From the NCBI RefSeq assembly GCF_000150275.1, contig NW_002060959.1, positions 370,371 through 434,370 of the forward strand: a stretch of DNA of 64,000 bases, in the 5' to 3' direction. The DNA comes from Trichoplax adhaerens. Its lineage: Eukaryota > Animalia > Placozoa. The notes under the pieces were generated by a model. It was not told the origin of the DNA and searched no databases. It worked only from the letters and a program-made list of their open reading frames with translations. Each line of letters starts with the position of its first letter. Position 1 is the first letter of the stretch. Position numbers and translations under genes: made by a program. This document shows positions 13,913 through 24,750 of the stretch, one piece after another.

Positions 13913-15908
13913 GCCTCACATTTAGTTTGATCAGTAAAATAAATGAAAAGTAAATATTAGTAAAAGAAATAAATAAATAATTAGGGATGTACAGTATATC
14001 TGTGCAAGTCACAATAAGGTTAAACACAGCTCACTACCATTGTTTAAATTATAAAATTTGAGACATTATTTCTACTTTTATTAAGAATATTTCCTAAAAT
14101 CATTACATTAGAATATACTAATTGAAACGCAATGCCACTGATATTATTAAAATTTTTCTTGCTTATGTTAAAGTCAGTTTTCTAAGAAAATTATCGATCT
14201 TTAAAGAATTATTCATAAATTACGCACATGCTAGATTCAAGTAGATTTACTATATCTAGATTTATGTTTCATTTTAATTGCAAATAAAATTTACCGGTCA
14301 ATATTGGCTTTCTAAGTTATCTAGGTTTTTTCGCTTCGTCAATTTAGATAGCTAAGGAGGAGTAAATATTTACTTCTGAAACCTTATAATGTAAAGTTTG
14401 GCTAGTAGAGCTTTCTTGATTGTTATTCTGAATTAATGAAACTGATTTATAAATACTGATTAGAGCATCTAAAACAATAAACTTCTGACTGTTTTACTTG
14501 CTCGCCGAGATATAAAGATAGTAGACTCATAAAGGTATAACTTATTAATTAGCAGAAGTATGCTTTGCGCATATAATTAAGAACGATCTCTTATTAGAGA
14601 TTACTCATGAATATAATGTAGTTGAGAGATTGACTACTGCAGTGATGCTGAATTGAGCAATATTAGCCAATAGATAAAATAAAATGATACTCATGGATCA
14701 AAAGGTTGTTAATAGGATCAAAGTAGACTAACTGCAATAATATCATTAGATATACAAGTATTAAAAGGGTTATCCTAAATAGCTAATACCAATGATATTA
14801 CTCTTCGAGCAAGTCAGAATTGCGTAAAATTTTCAGTTTCAAGTTTCTCGAGTTGGGATACAAAAAATAAAATAAAGGTCCATCCAAGTATTTATTAAAA
14901 GGCTATTTTTGAATAATTGCAATTTACAAAACAAATTAGCTATATCAACAAAGAAAATGCGCCTGTTTAAAATTATCTCCTGATTCACAATCTTGATCGT
15001 ATCGTAAGAATAGAAATCTCTACAGTTTATTCCATTTGTCCGAAACTGGTAATTAACGATAAATGTCTAAATGCAATGTCAGGAACATTTTAATAAAATC
15101 TATTGCTATCGTGCAAGTTGCAACCGGTTATTTACGATATTATTACTAGCAATCTTCTCATAATAATTATGGATGAAAAATGAGCATTGTAAGTAAATAG
15201 TTGAGTCAGAGTCAGAATTAGAGAACATTATTTCTATTTCAGGTACATTAATTAAAATAATAGCTAGATACCATCAAGATGCATAATACGTTTTATTTAA
15301 TTTTTTCCTGAATTCAATGGACACAAATTACATTAATTAAATGAAGTGATGACGTAGCACTTTCACATAGCGATGAGTTTGTTTAATAATGCAATTATAA
15401 ACGTTAAATTATAAGTTCAGTTTAAAATTTTGAAAGTAGCTCCTTTGCAGGTTGAATTATTTTTTCTTAATTACTTTGCCTTGCATGCTTAAATTTAAAT
15501 AGACAAAGAAACAATGTTTATATATTAATTATACAATTCTCTTTTTCGAAAATAGAAGACTATTGTTCTTCAATAATTTATTCTTCGATTCATTAAACAG
15601 TTCTGTTGTCAATTCTTAATAAATTCAATTTTAATTGCGTGTTCGTTATTGTGTGTTATCTTGCTGGCCCATAGGTAACTAAGCTAACATTTTGAATACG
15701 CTATTGAAAAGGTTAATTTTTTTGGAGTCTTTTTCGATAAGATTGTAAAAAATTTTATACAGATCACTTTGACTTACGTCTATAGCCAATTGATATTATA
15801 ATATCAAGTGAATCAATTTTAGAAACAAATAGGCTAATTTCAGGTATATCTACAATTCCATTCCCGTCAATTCTTTACGGGATATTTATCCCATTATTAT
15901 TATTTTAG

Positions 15909-15983
15909 AGATCACGTCGAACTATTCATGGTACCATTGGCTATTTCGAAGCTCACCTTTTATGCTAAATTAGTCCTTCATGG
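15909..15983 (+). pseudogene. Possible PRMT5-like exon remnant
   Basis: Between TTTTAG and GTAAG: TIHGTIGYFEAHL[+1 frameshift]YAKLVL, compared with PRMT5 VLHGFAGYFETVLYQDITL. Short match only. Confidence 0.3.
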
Positions 15984-16561
15984 GTAAGCACAAATGAATA
16001 ATTAACTCATAGATTTGAAATTTCATTTTAAAATATTATAATAGAAGGTTGTTTTAAAGGTTTCCTTCATGAATAAGGCTAATTTTCAAAAATTGAAGAA
16101 TAGATTAATCATCAGGATAATAATTGTAAATATTCAATGGCTAAGATGACACCAATAGAATTCTAACTGGACTGGATAATTAATTTGGATAGTAGTAAAT
16201 CATCTTCAAGAATAAGTTTATCATATTATTTTGCATCATTTATTCAACGATATCTCTTTCGGCTCCAGATGTTGTAATAAAAAGTCATAGCCGGAAATGA
16301 TCGACAGCGAATAAGATAACATCGATATCACTTATTAAAGTAATTGAATAATTGTCTTCTTTCAAAACTTTTAATAGAAATTGTGAGAACAGAAATTTTC
16401 TCATTTTATTTCTCCCAAATGTGATAGAGTACCATAGTAATAACATCATTTAAACAGAAATCAGAATTAAAGAGGCCGTTTATTAGCAACTTCAACACAT
16501 TTTTAGTTTGAAGCTTAATCTTTGGATTATTATCTGTTAGATAGCACCATAACAAATCTCC

Positions 16562-17719
16562 ATGAATTCTTCGCGTGGTAATGGCCTTGGTTATGGTCAT
16601 GGAAATATGGACCTAGGAAATATGAGTCATGGAAATATGGGTATAGGGAACTTGAACCATGGAAATATGGGCCAAAGCAATAGGGGCCAAGGACATATGG
16701 GACATTCATCACATAATAATTCTACCATGAATATGACACATATGATGGCCACTCAATTACCACCCGATATAGTGATAGCCTTTATTACCTTAACTTTATT
16801 AGCCTTTATAGGTTTCATTATTAATGCTATCCTTGTTATCATCGCAATTCGTAGTAATCGCAAGAAAACCGCAGCTGATGGTCTTGTTGCACATTTATCT
16901 ATCTGTGATCTATTAACGACTATACCAACATTAAGCTACTGCTCAGTTATCTTCGTTTTTCGTGGTTTCGGTTGGCCAACGCAATTGATGAATATATTAT
17001 GTAAAGCAACTATTTTCTGCCTCACTTTCTTCTATTCTTTAACCGTAAGTACTTTAACATTAATGTCTATAGAGCGATATCGTGCTATCATTCATCCGAT
17101 GAAACCTCGTGTTTCTAGAAAGAGCTTGTGTATCCTATTAGTATTTATGTGGCTGTTAGTCGCAATCATTCCTGCCTTAGGCATAAGAAATACTGCCGTT
17201 GATCCTCATAGCGGATATTTATGTGTACTAGAAGATGCACATCAGCATTATATCGTTGTACTTAATTTCAGCTACTGTGTGATTATTGGCTATATCATAC
17301 CAGCTTGTATTATGTTGTATTGCTACAGCAAGATTATTAAAAAATTGAAACAATCATCCTTAACTAACAGAGAAAGCTTAAGGATAGAATCTCAACGCGA
17401 ATTTCAAAAGAAGCGTGCTATCAAAATATTAATGGCGGTTTCTGTAGTGTTTATTTTGACTGGTATTCCTTTAGTTATCGGCTTGATTATCCACATTTAC
17501 ATGGATAGCAAACTATCTCAGTTGACACATTCCGATCACGGTCTGATCAATAGTTTAACATTGCTATTTTGGATACTCTTGCAATTTGCTCCTCTTTACA
17601 ATCCTATTATTTATTTCGCCAAGAAGAAAAATTTCTGGCAAAATTTTAATCACAAGACTGATCCAGTTTTACATGTAAGTCAGACTGTAACAGCGATGAC
17701 TCATTCAAATGCTAAATAA
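16562..17719 (+). CDS. Class A (rhodopsin-like) GPCR 1, 385 aa, with His/Met/Gly-rich repeat N-terminus
   Basis: Seven hydrophobic segments. N1.50 (GFIIN), LSICD, SIERY, TM4 W, ECL2 Cys, TM5 P..Y and NPIIY are present. Single coding exon. Confidence 0.95.
   Translation: MNSSRGNGLGYGHGNMDLGNMSHGNMGIGNLNHGNMGQSNRGQGHMGHSSHNNSTMNMTHMMATQLPPDIVIAFITLTLLAFIGFIINAILVIIAIRSNRKKTAADGLVAHLSICDLLTTIPTLSYCSVIFVFRGFGWPTQLMNILCKATIFCLTFFYSLTVSTLTLMSIERYRAIIHPMKPRVSRKSLCILLVFMWLLVAIIPALGIRNTAVDPHSGYLCVLEDAHQHYIVVLNFSYCVIIGYIIPACIMLYCYSKIIKKLKQSSLTNRESLRIESQREFQKKRAIKILMAVSVVFILTGIPLVIGLIIHIYMDSKLSQLTHSDHGLINSLTLLFWILLQFAPLYNPIIYFAKKKNFWQNFNHKTDPVLHVSQTVTAMTHSNAK
16577..16705 (+). repeat. Coding 15/30-bp tandem repeat encoding (H/x)GNM(G/x) pentapeptides
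   Basis: CATGGAAATATGG occurs exactly at 16598, 16628 and 16658, with degenerate 15-bp units between. Confidence 0.9.
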
Positions 17720-18778
17720 GAAATAAAGCTAACGGTCAATATGAGGAATTCATGTTCAGAATCATTACATTTCTAATGTGTATTTATATTTCGTATGACT
17801 AGACAATATAGTATCTATTTGGAATACGAATAATAAATATAGGATAGGCATATATGCGACAGAAAGTACGTCTAGTATATTGACGATTCTTATGAAAAAT
17901 AGTGATGATGCAGTTACTCAAATATTTATAACTATTCTCTTTTGCATTAAGTAGAGCACCTTCAGAATTAAATAAAACTTGTTAATAAGGGATGTCTAAA
18001 TTGATGACATAAAATGATATTCTGTTTGCTCTTATAATTTATGAAGATATTACTCATCCTTGAAAATACGACTATAAGACAATTATATTATATTACACGT
18101 AGAAAGTTATCAAGATATTACTTCCGATAGCAATGCCCAGCTGCAACGTAAAAGCTACTGATATTAACTCTGATGTGCTTACGTTCTACTAAAATACCGC
18201 AGGTATCATAGAATTTTTCTGATATGGGCGTAAACATGTAATTAAACAATAAAGAATACTTATAACCTCCAATAAATATCATCTGCAAAAAATGCTTTAA
18301 TTTTATTTATAAAAGATCTTGAAGTTATTGCATACTACTATATTAAATGAGTAGTCGTCTTCAGAATTAAAAAGGCTTTGACACGTACAAAATGCCCGTA
18401 CATCAAAGTATAAGTTATACAAATATACTGCGATTAAACTCTGCTTAATTTAAGAACAGAACAACAATACTTTATAGCACTCACAAATCTGGTAATGACT
18501 CATTATTAACCAGGCTGGAAGATATTATTTCATGTCCTTTTTATTCGTATCATATAGAAAATGAAAACTTAATCATGACGTTTCATATAGTATCGAAGTA
18601 GGGGGAGAAAGAGGCACTTCAATAAGCTGCCAAAGTTAAGTAGTTATGGTGGTATTACGTACAGTGATGGACATTTACAAAGTACTCTCATTTATCATGA
18701 CTCATTAGATTGACTGCCATTTCTGCCTTAACGTACGAGGTATATTTTTCTCTTAGATAATCCAGTATTTATGATTAT

Positions 18779-18990
18779 GTTATAAGTGATGATAATTTTA
18801 CAAACTTTCATTACTGTTGATCAGAAATATATTCCGTTATTGATTTCTTCTTTGCTAATCAATATCGATACATCGACAATTAGATAGTTAATTTCGGTTG
18901 TATCCTGTAGCTATAACTACGTTATAAGTGTTGATAATTATTCAACCTACCATTACTATTGGTCAGAAAAAGATTCTGTATTAATTTTTC
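18779..18990. repeat. Old direct duplication, offset about 142 bp
   Basis: GTTATAAGTG(A/T)TGATAATT...CATTACT.TTG.TCAGAAA occurs at 18779 and 18921. Confidence 0.75.
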
Positions 18991-19834
18991 CTACACATAT
19001 TATATTTCACTCAATGCATGAAGCTGTAAATAAGTGATTAAAGCTATAATACTTTTCCGATTGCTATAATTCGTACTGGTAAAATCATGTTTATACAGCA
19101 GCAATTACTATAACCATTTATCGGTAAAATTTTATATTATAGCCAATTTTTATCGATAATTATAATCGAAAAATTTCTTGCTTATAATTGCTCAATTTCT
19201 TCTTTAATGTAAGTGAAGCCTAATCTAATTTACAACTAATTAGCCGTAGGGCGAATAAATTCAGCCATTTAAATACGAATGTAATAATATTATCGCCACC
19301 AGTAAAAGACTAGTCTTGATTTTGCCGTATATTATATTACAAAATATTATTAAAACTGTATCACAGGCTTAATTAATCACAAATGATGACAAAAAGTCAC
19401 AAAATGGGATATAGTGCATTAGCAAGCAACTATTGTGATAAAATCAGCATTCCATGTGATATACTTGATATAACTTCATATTGCATGGAAATCTATGTTC
19501 ATAAGAATTTTTCAAGAATATTATGCGACATCATTGTTTATTAGCCAATTTAACATCATGAAATATTTATTACAATGTTATTATATAAGGCCTGTGTTGG
19601 ATCAGAATTGTACAGGGAAACGAGATTGGAGCAGGTACATTCTATTAATCTCTGCTGAACATGAAATAATTAGTAGAAAGGACGATTTCTATATATTTTG
19701 GAAGTTGAGCATACGGCGATACTGAAAAAGGAATGAATATGACTAAATTACAGAAGACTATACAACGAGATTCTAAATTGTTAAGATATTTCTCAGCCAC
19801 TCGAATACCACGATAGAAACTTATTTACGATTAG

Positions 19835-19918
19835 ACCGCTCGCAAAATAATTCGAGAATTTTGAGAATTAAAGTTGTCGCTGGCTTTAATTTACACCGAA
19901 AAGGCTGTGATGATGTCT
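19835..19918 (+). pseudogene. Isolated NEDD4-family C2-domain exon remnant
   Basis: Between TTAG and GTAAGT: NNSRILRIKVVAGFNLHRKG, compared with NEDD4L ESRILRVKVVSGIDLAKKD. The donor is close to where I recall the NEDD4L intron. No further exons were found. Confidence 0.5.
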
Positions 19919-20309
19919 GTAAGTAAGGAAAATTGCCTCAAGTACAAATGCTGTATTATTTTATCGTAAACAATAGTATTCTATGCACAAGAAGGTGCCA
20001 TGTTACCATGCAATATATAATGACGCCAAATCAATATTATAGGTTAAGTGAGAATATAACATCAGGTTATAGTGAACTTTTTGAGATAGATTTATTTAGA
20101 ATGAAAACTTATTGCTAAAAATTATCATTAAAACTAAATTTAATAACTTATTTCTAATGAATAAGTTTCTTATGAATAAAATTCTATCAATATTATAATA
20201 TCTAAACTAAGCAGCACAAAGCATGGGAAAGGAATAAGCATTGTAATATTATAAATAAATTTTTCTCTAGAATACAAAATATTTCTTCGAGAATAATCGG
20301 TTTCCCAAT

Positions 20310-20866
20310 TGTAATATATACCGATCACGAAATTCCAAATTTTGGAAAAATAAGGGCTTTATTGAATATAAAGATTAACTACACACAGCTCTACTCTAGC
20401 CAAATACTAATACTAAAGACTTCTAGAACGAACTAACAGAGTAATCTAAAGTTGCATGCTTTTATACTTTTCGTAGCATTCGCAGCTACAATCCGCACGG
20501 CAACCTTTTACCTTATTTTACGTATAGTTAAATCATTCTTCGTAACATTATTGTACTGCGAACCATCATTAATTCGATATGGATACCACTACAGTACTTA
20601 TGTAGACATTATTCACACCAGCCAAAGTACAATAAATTAACCACATCCTAATATATGATCTATAATGCTATTTTTACCTATAACCTTATTAGTAACTCAA
20701 AACCTTACTGTATATAGCCATCTGTACTCTAGCATAGAGTCTATACCACTGCAGTCTATAGTTATGGCTACCAAATATCTCTTAGGATAAATATAAAAGT
20801 TACGCTACCGTACATTATACTAAACATAGCTAACAGTCTACAATCACAATACTAAGTTACATTACA
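20310..20866 (-). mobile_element. Solo LTR, family A (copy A2, reverse orientation)
   Basis: Reverse-complement homolog of 13351-13912; TG..CA ends; perfect TSD CCAAT (20305-09 and 20867-71). Confidence 0.92.
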
Positions 20867-21773
20867 CCAATATAAAATGCGCTATACTGTACAGCCTTTC
20901 GAGCATGATCTTGCGTAATAATAGTTGGGTAATTATAAAAACTAGGAATCTTTTTAATACCAACTAAAACTTATGGGAAAAAACAGTTTATGATAATTTT
21001 GGCATCACAGTTACAAAAGGACTTGAAAGAATTACAGAAAATGCAAATTCTCGGCCTTAACCAATGAAATACTATCAAATAAATGATATTGAAAATGTTC
21101 TACTTAATATCTTCTGAATTCACTAACATTTGCACTACTTAATTCCTGAATTACCAAATCCAACCACCTTTCATATAATACATAAAGAAGTAAGTGGTAT
21201 GAGACTACTGAATTATTATTTTGATATATTTAAAATTTAATTAGCAACTAATCACTATAGTCAAAGTAAATTATAATTTAGATCTCCAACACTACTAAAT
21301 TCATAATAGTCATTATTTAACCGGAAATTAATCCAGTCTACAGTATTTGAGTGTGCACATCATGCAATCAAACATTATTAAGACTGACTAGTATTCTTGA
21401 ATTAGAATTTAGATCAAGATTTGGGATCAGACTGTGCTCTATGACAATAAAATACTAGGATAACATCTACCGTACTTAGGAAATACATCAGCAGCGATTA
21501 CAAAAATAAATTTACTTTCAATTTTATCACAATTAAAACACAAATATTATGATGATTAAAAATAACAGTTGAATAATGTTGGGATTATAAATAAATTTGA
21601 CTCAGTAACAAAGTCCTATACATAGAGAAAGAAGATTTATAACATGAGAGTGCAGTACTGTAATGTATGATATAATCGTACAGTTATCGCACAACTTAGT
21701 GCTAAAAACTAACGGTCAATACTAACGTTAGAAACAGTGGTCATAGTTGCCATGTAAAATTTTTTAATATACG

Positions 21774-22393
21774 TGTCACGGTACCTTTTTGCCGTGATGA
21801 GTTAGAAGTGTTATGGTGTTTGTTATAGATAGAAATTGAAGTGTTATGGTGTTTGTTATTGATGGAAATTGATGTGTTATGATGTTTGTTAGTAAGGTGT
21901 TTTGATGATCAACTGTCCTTAGTTATTTTGTATGTATTCGAATAGGAGGATAGACTAGATAAATATAAATCTTGATGATGTGCAACCTTTGTGTTAGAGA
22001 GTTGTTTATGCTGACACGATTTGTAGTCGTGTTGTAAGATTATTACTGGATAGGAGGTTATGGCTGTGAGATCTCCTACGTGAGATTAATGTAAATAGTA
22101 AATATCTTAGAAAGTATATAAAGGCTAACTATGATGCCATGTGGACGAGGAGAAAGGCATAGAAAAGAATAAACTGTAGTGATAGTTATCTGTTCAAAAG
22201 CCTACGCTCAACTACTTGTGTAATCGAGTAACCTAGTGACGGTCAAAGAAGTGTAGTCCCACACCCGAGAAGTTAGTGTTCTAATAGGAAGCGTAGTTCC
22301 AGTAGCACTTGTTCAGTGTCGGGATTGTACCGTACTTAGCTAAGTTTTACACGATAAGTAGAGATCCTGTGTCACAAAAACGTGGTTGTGACA
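21774..22393 (+). mobile_element. Solo LTR, family C, with internal 33-bp tandem repeat
   Basis: TGTCAC...GTGACA terminal inverted repeats; perfect TSD ATACG; TATATAAAG at 22115 and AATAAA at 22168; 33-bp units at 21805, 21838 and 21871. Confidence 0.9.
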
Positions 22394-23127
22394 ATACGAT
22401 TATGTGATTTTTATAAAATTTGAATTTTTCGGATTCAGATTCTGGAATGGATCGGTGTCCGATAAAATTTTTGGAAAATATTGCGAGAATTGATTTTTGA
22501 AATTTGAACTTTGGAATTTTATGACGTGACCTAACAGTTACATTAGGAAAGTTTAGTTGAGAAAGTATTAAATAAGATGGCAAATGGCAGAGGTTGTGTT
22601 AGTTAAGTAGCTAGATTGTTATTTTTTGACAAAATCTTGATGTTTAAAGGTTAATTTTTAGACTTATAAAATGTTTTAATGAATAGAAATTACGTTAGAA
22701 ATAATTCTTGATGTATTTTACGGTTGCTTTGTTGGTTTTATAGTGTTTTGTAAGGGAATCATATGGTAAAATGTGTCCGAACTTGTACTTTGAGTGATTT
22801 TTGTTTTCTTAAGTGGTACAAAGCAGCTTTCTAAAAATGATTTTAAGAGTGAGTGATTAATAAATGTTTAATTTTAAATATCACTGAGGGCTTTGCAAAG
22901 TCTATAAATAATAGTGCAGTGAGATAATTTAGAGTACAGAGTAAATAAAGATTCTTTTGAAGAACTTATTGAGTTTTGAAGACCTTCGTGGTCGAATTGT
23001 TGTAAGTGAAAATGTTCTTCTTTTTGTTAGGCTATTTGGATGTTGACAGTTTTAGTTCTGTTGCTTATACTTCTTCACTTACAATACTTAGAAATATGTA
23101 TATGAAAAGGTTCTTTGATCTATCTCT

Positions 23128-23887
23128 ATCAGATTTTTAACAAATAGTTCGGTTGTTTCCCCAATTTTTATTTAGTGTCAAAGTTTCGTTAAGTCGACCA
23201 CAAGTACATATAAATCACTACATCCCACAAACTAACATTTTTAACCCAATAAAAATTCTATTTTCGAATTGCTTAAAACTCTTATATGAAATTTTAATAT
23301 ATCTTAGTGATGAATTGTAGATTACTTGATTATTGGCCATCTTTATTATGATGTGCGACAGTTAACTTTCTATATTAATCACAATGCACATTGAGTGGAT
23401 CATAGCCATTAACTGTAATTGAAGATTCTATGTTCGAGTACAGATAACTATTTATAGTAAGGTATTAAGTCATTATTAATGCCAGAAATACTGCCGTAGC
23501 ATCAGTTCTTTAGATTATGAAATAATAATTAGGTGATGTTACATAGGCCTTTTCGCAATATAAAGGAGTTGGATAGCTGCTATTTTTGCTTTGTTAGCTA
23601 TAAAGAATTATTTATGGATCATTTCTATACAGCTTGATGGAATAATATTTTAGTACAATCTGTAATACTTCTAGGTTTCAATATTACAGAAAATTTTTCA
23701 TGGGCATTATCTTCAATTAATTAGCTTTAAAAAAAGAAAGCCAAATGTATTATTTTTAGTCATCAGTTTTACGCTAATTCCGTTATTTTTATATTTCTAG
23801 ATTAATTTTGTAATGGAATGCCAGTAGCTATATATTTCTTGGAATGTAACAACTTAGACTATTTAACCGGTTGTGTGTATTCTTCGA
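23128..23887 (+). pseudogene. Heavily decayed class A GPCR
   Basis: Ordered remnants across frames: TM1 I(R)FLTNSSV; ICL1 KSLHPTN; TM4 SWIAAIFALL; TM6 KKRK..LFLVISFTLIPLF; TM7 *PVVCILR (NPxxY-like). Span fits a 7TM gene. Many stops and frameshifts. Confidence 0.45.
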
Positions 23888-24319
23888 CTAAATCCGGACT
23901 TGAACAGTAAGACCAATGCCAATTTTATCTAAGCGAAAAATAAATATAGTCCTTGTATCTTGATTTTGATGTCATGAAATACTTTAATTTATTAATTGTA
24001 TTAAATATCGAACAAGTTTTTTGTAAAATTAATTGGAAAAGTCAGTTAATTAGGTCACAAATAAGCGTTTTGTAAGGCTTTATGACCAAAGAAATATGAT
24101 CACGTAATCTATTACTCCTACTTGAAGATATTTATAAATTCCGCTAATATATTTAGTACCTAAATATTCTTGAGAAGTAGCTAACTTAATATAGCAACTT
24201 AATAAAATTTCGTGATATTCATTTAGAACTAATTTATATCAATTCTCTATGTTGCTAATGTCGTGTAAATTGTAAGATCTGATACACTGCTTAAATATGC
24301 GATTTAATAAAATTATCTC

Positions 24320-24488
24320 TGTTACAGTGTTATTAACGTAAAATACGAAGCGTTTAAGTCTTTGTGTAGTCTGTTAATAGAGCAAAAGGGTTTGTGATAG
24401 TGCAGATATCGTTCCTTGATACGTGGTTCAAGGAATTGACTTATTGATCGTATATTACGTTATCTTGTTGCAAAGCTGTTTTGTGACA
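24320..24488 (+). mobile_element. Miniature, internally deleted family B LTR (169 bp; copy B1)
   Basis: 5' terminus TGTTACAGTGTTAT is joined directly to the last ~155 bp of family B (matches about 54909-55063). Perfect TSD ATCTC (24315-19 and 24489-93). Confidence 0.9.
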
Positions 24489-24490
24489 AT

Positions 24491-24750
24491 CTCGTAGTCG
24501 GCCACGTACTAAGCCATCAATTTTATCCATGGTGGGCCTTGAAAGTCTCAAATGAGAGGCTTTATTGATCGATGTTTACATAACTGGAGTCTAAATTTCC
24601 TTTTATTTCAATGTCGTAATGATAGCAACTAACGAATTGCAGCCAAACCTACTTTCCTTAGTCCGTCTTAGCTAATCCATACTAGAAATACTAATGCTTA
24701 AAGACTTGGACATCATCACAAGGCTACTGTTATAGCATATCTCTTCTAGG
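24491..24750 (+). pseudogene. M1 aminopeptidase zinc-motif remnant
   Basis: LVVGHVLSHQ..WW..(L)NE/GF, compared with M1 LVVGHELAHQW..WW..LNEGF. A degenerate (FD)SIS(Y)S lies just before a GT at 24751. Frameshifted. Confidence 0.45.

Noticed and set aside
13577-20640. Paralogous 62-aa ORFs MHAFILFVAFAATI... (13577-13765 minus; 20452-20640 plus) as a small secreted peptide family
   Set aside because: Both lie antisense inside family A solo LTRs and start at TTG; the similarity reflects the repeat.
21805-21890. 33-bp repeats as a CRISPR array
   Set aside because: Head-to-tail units without unique spacers, inside an LTR, in eukaryotic DNA with no cas genes.
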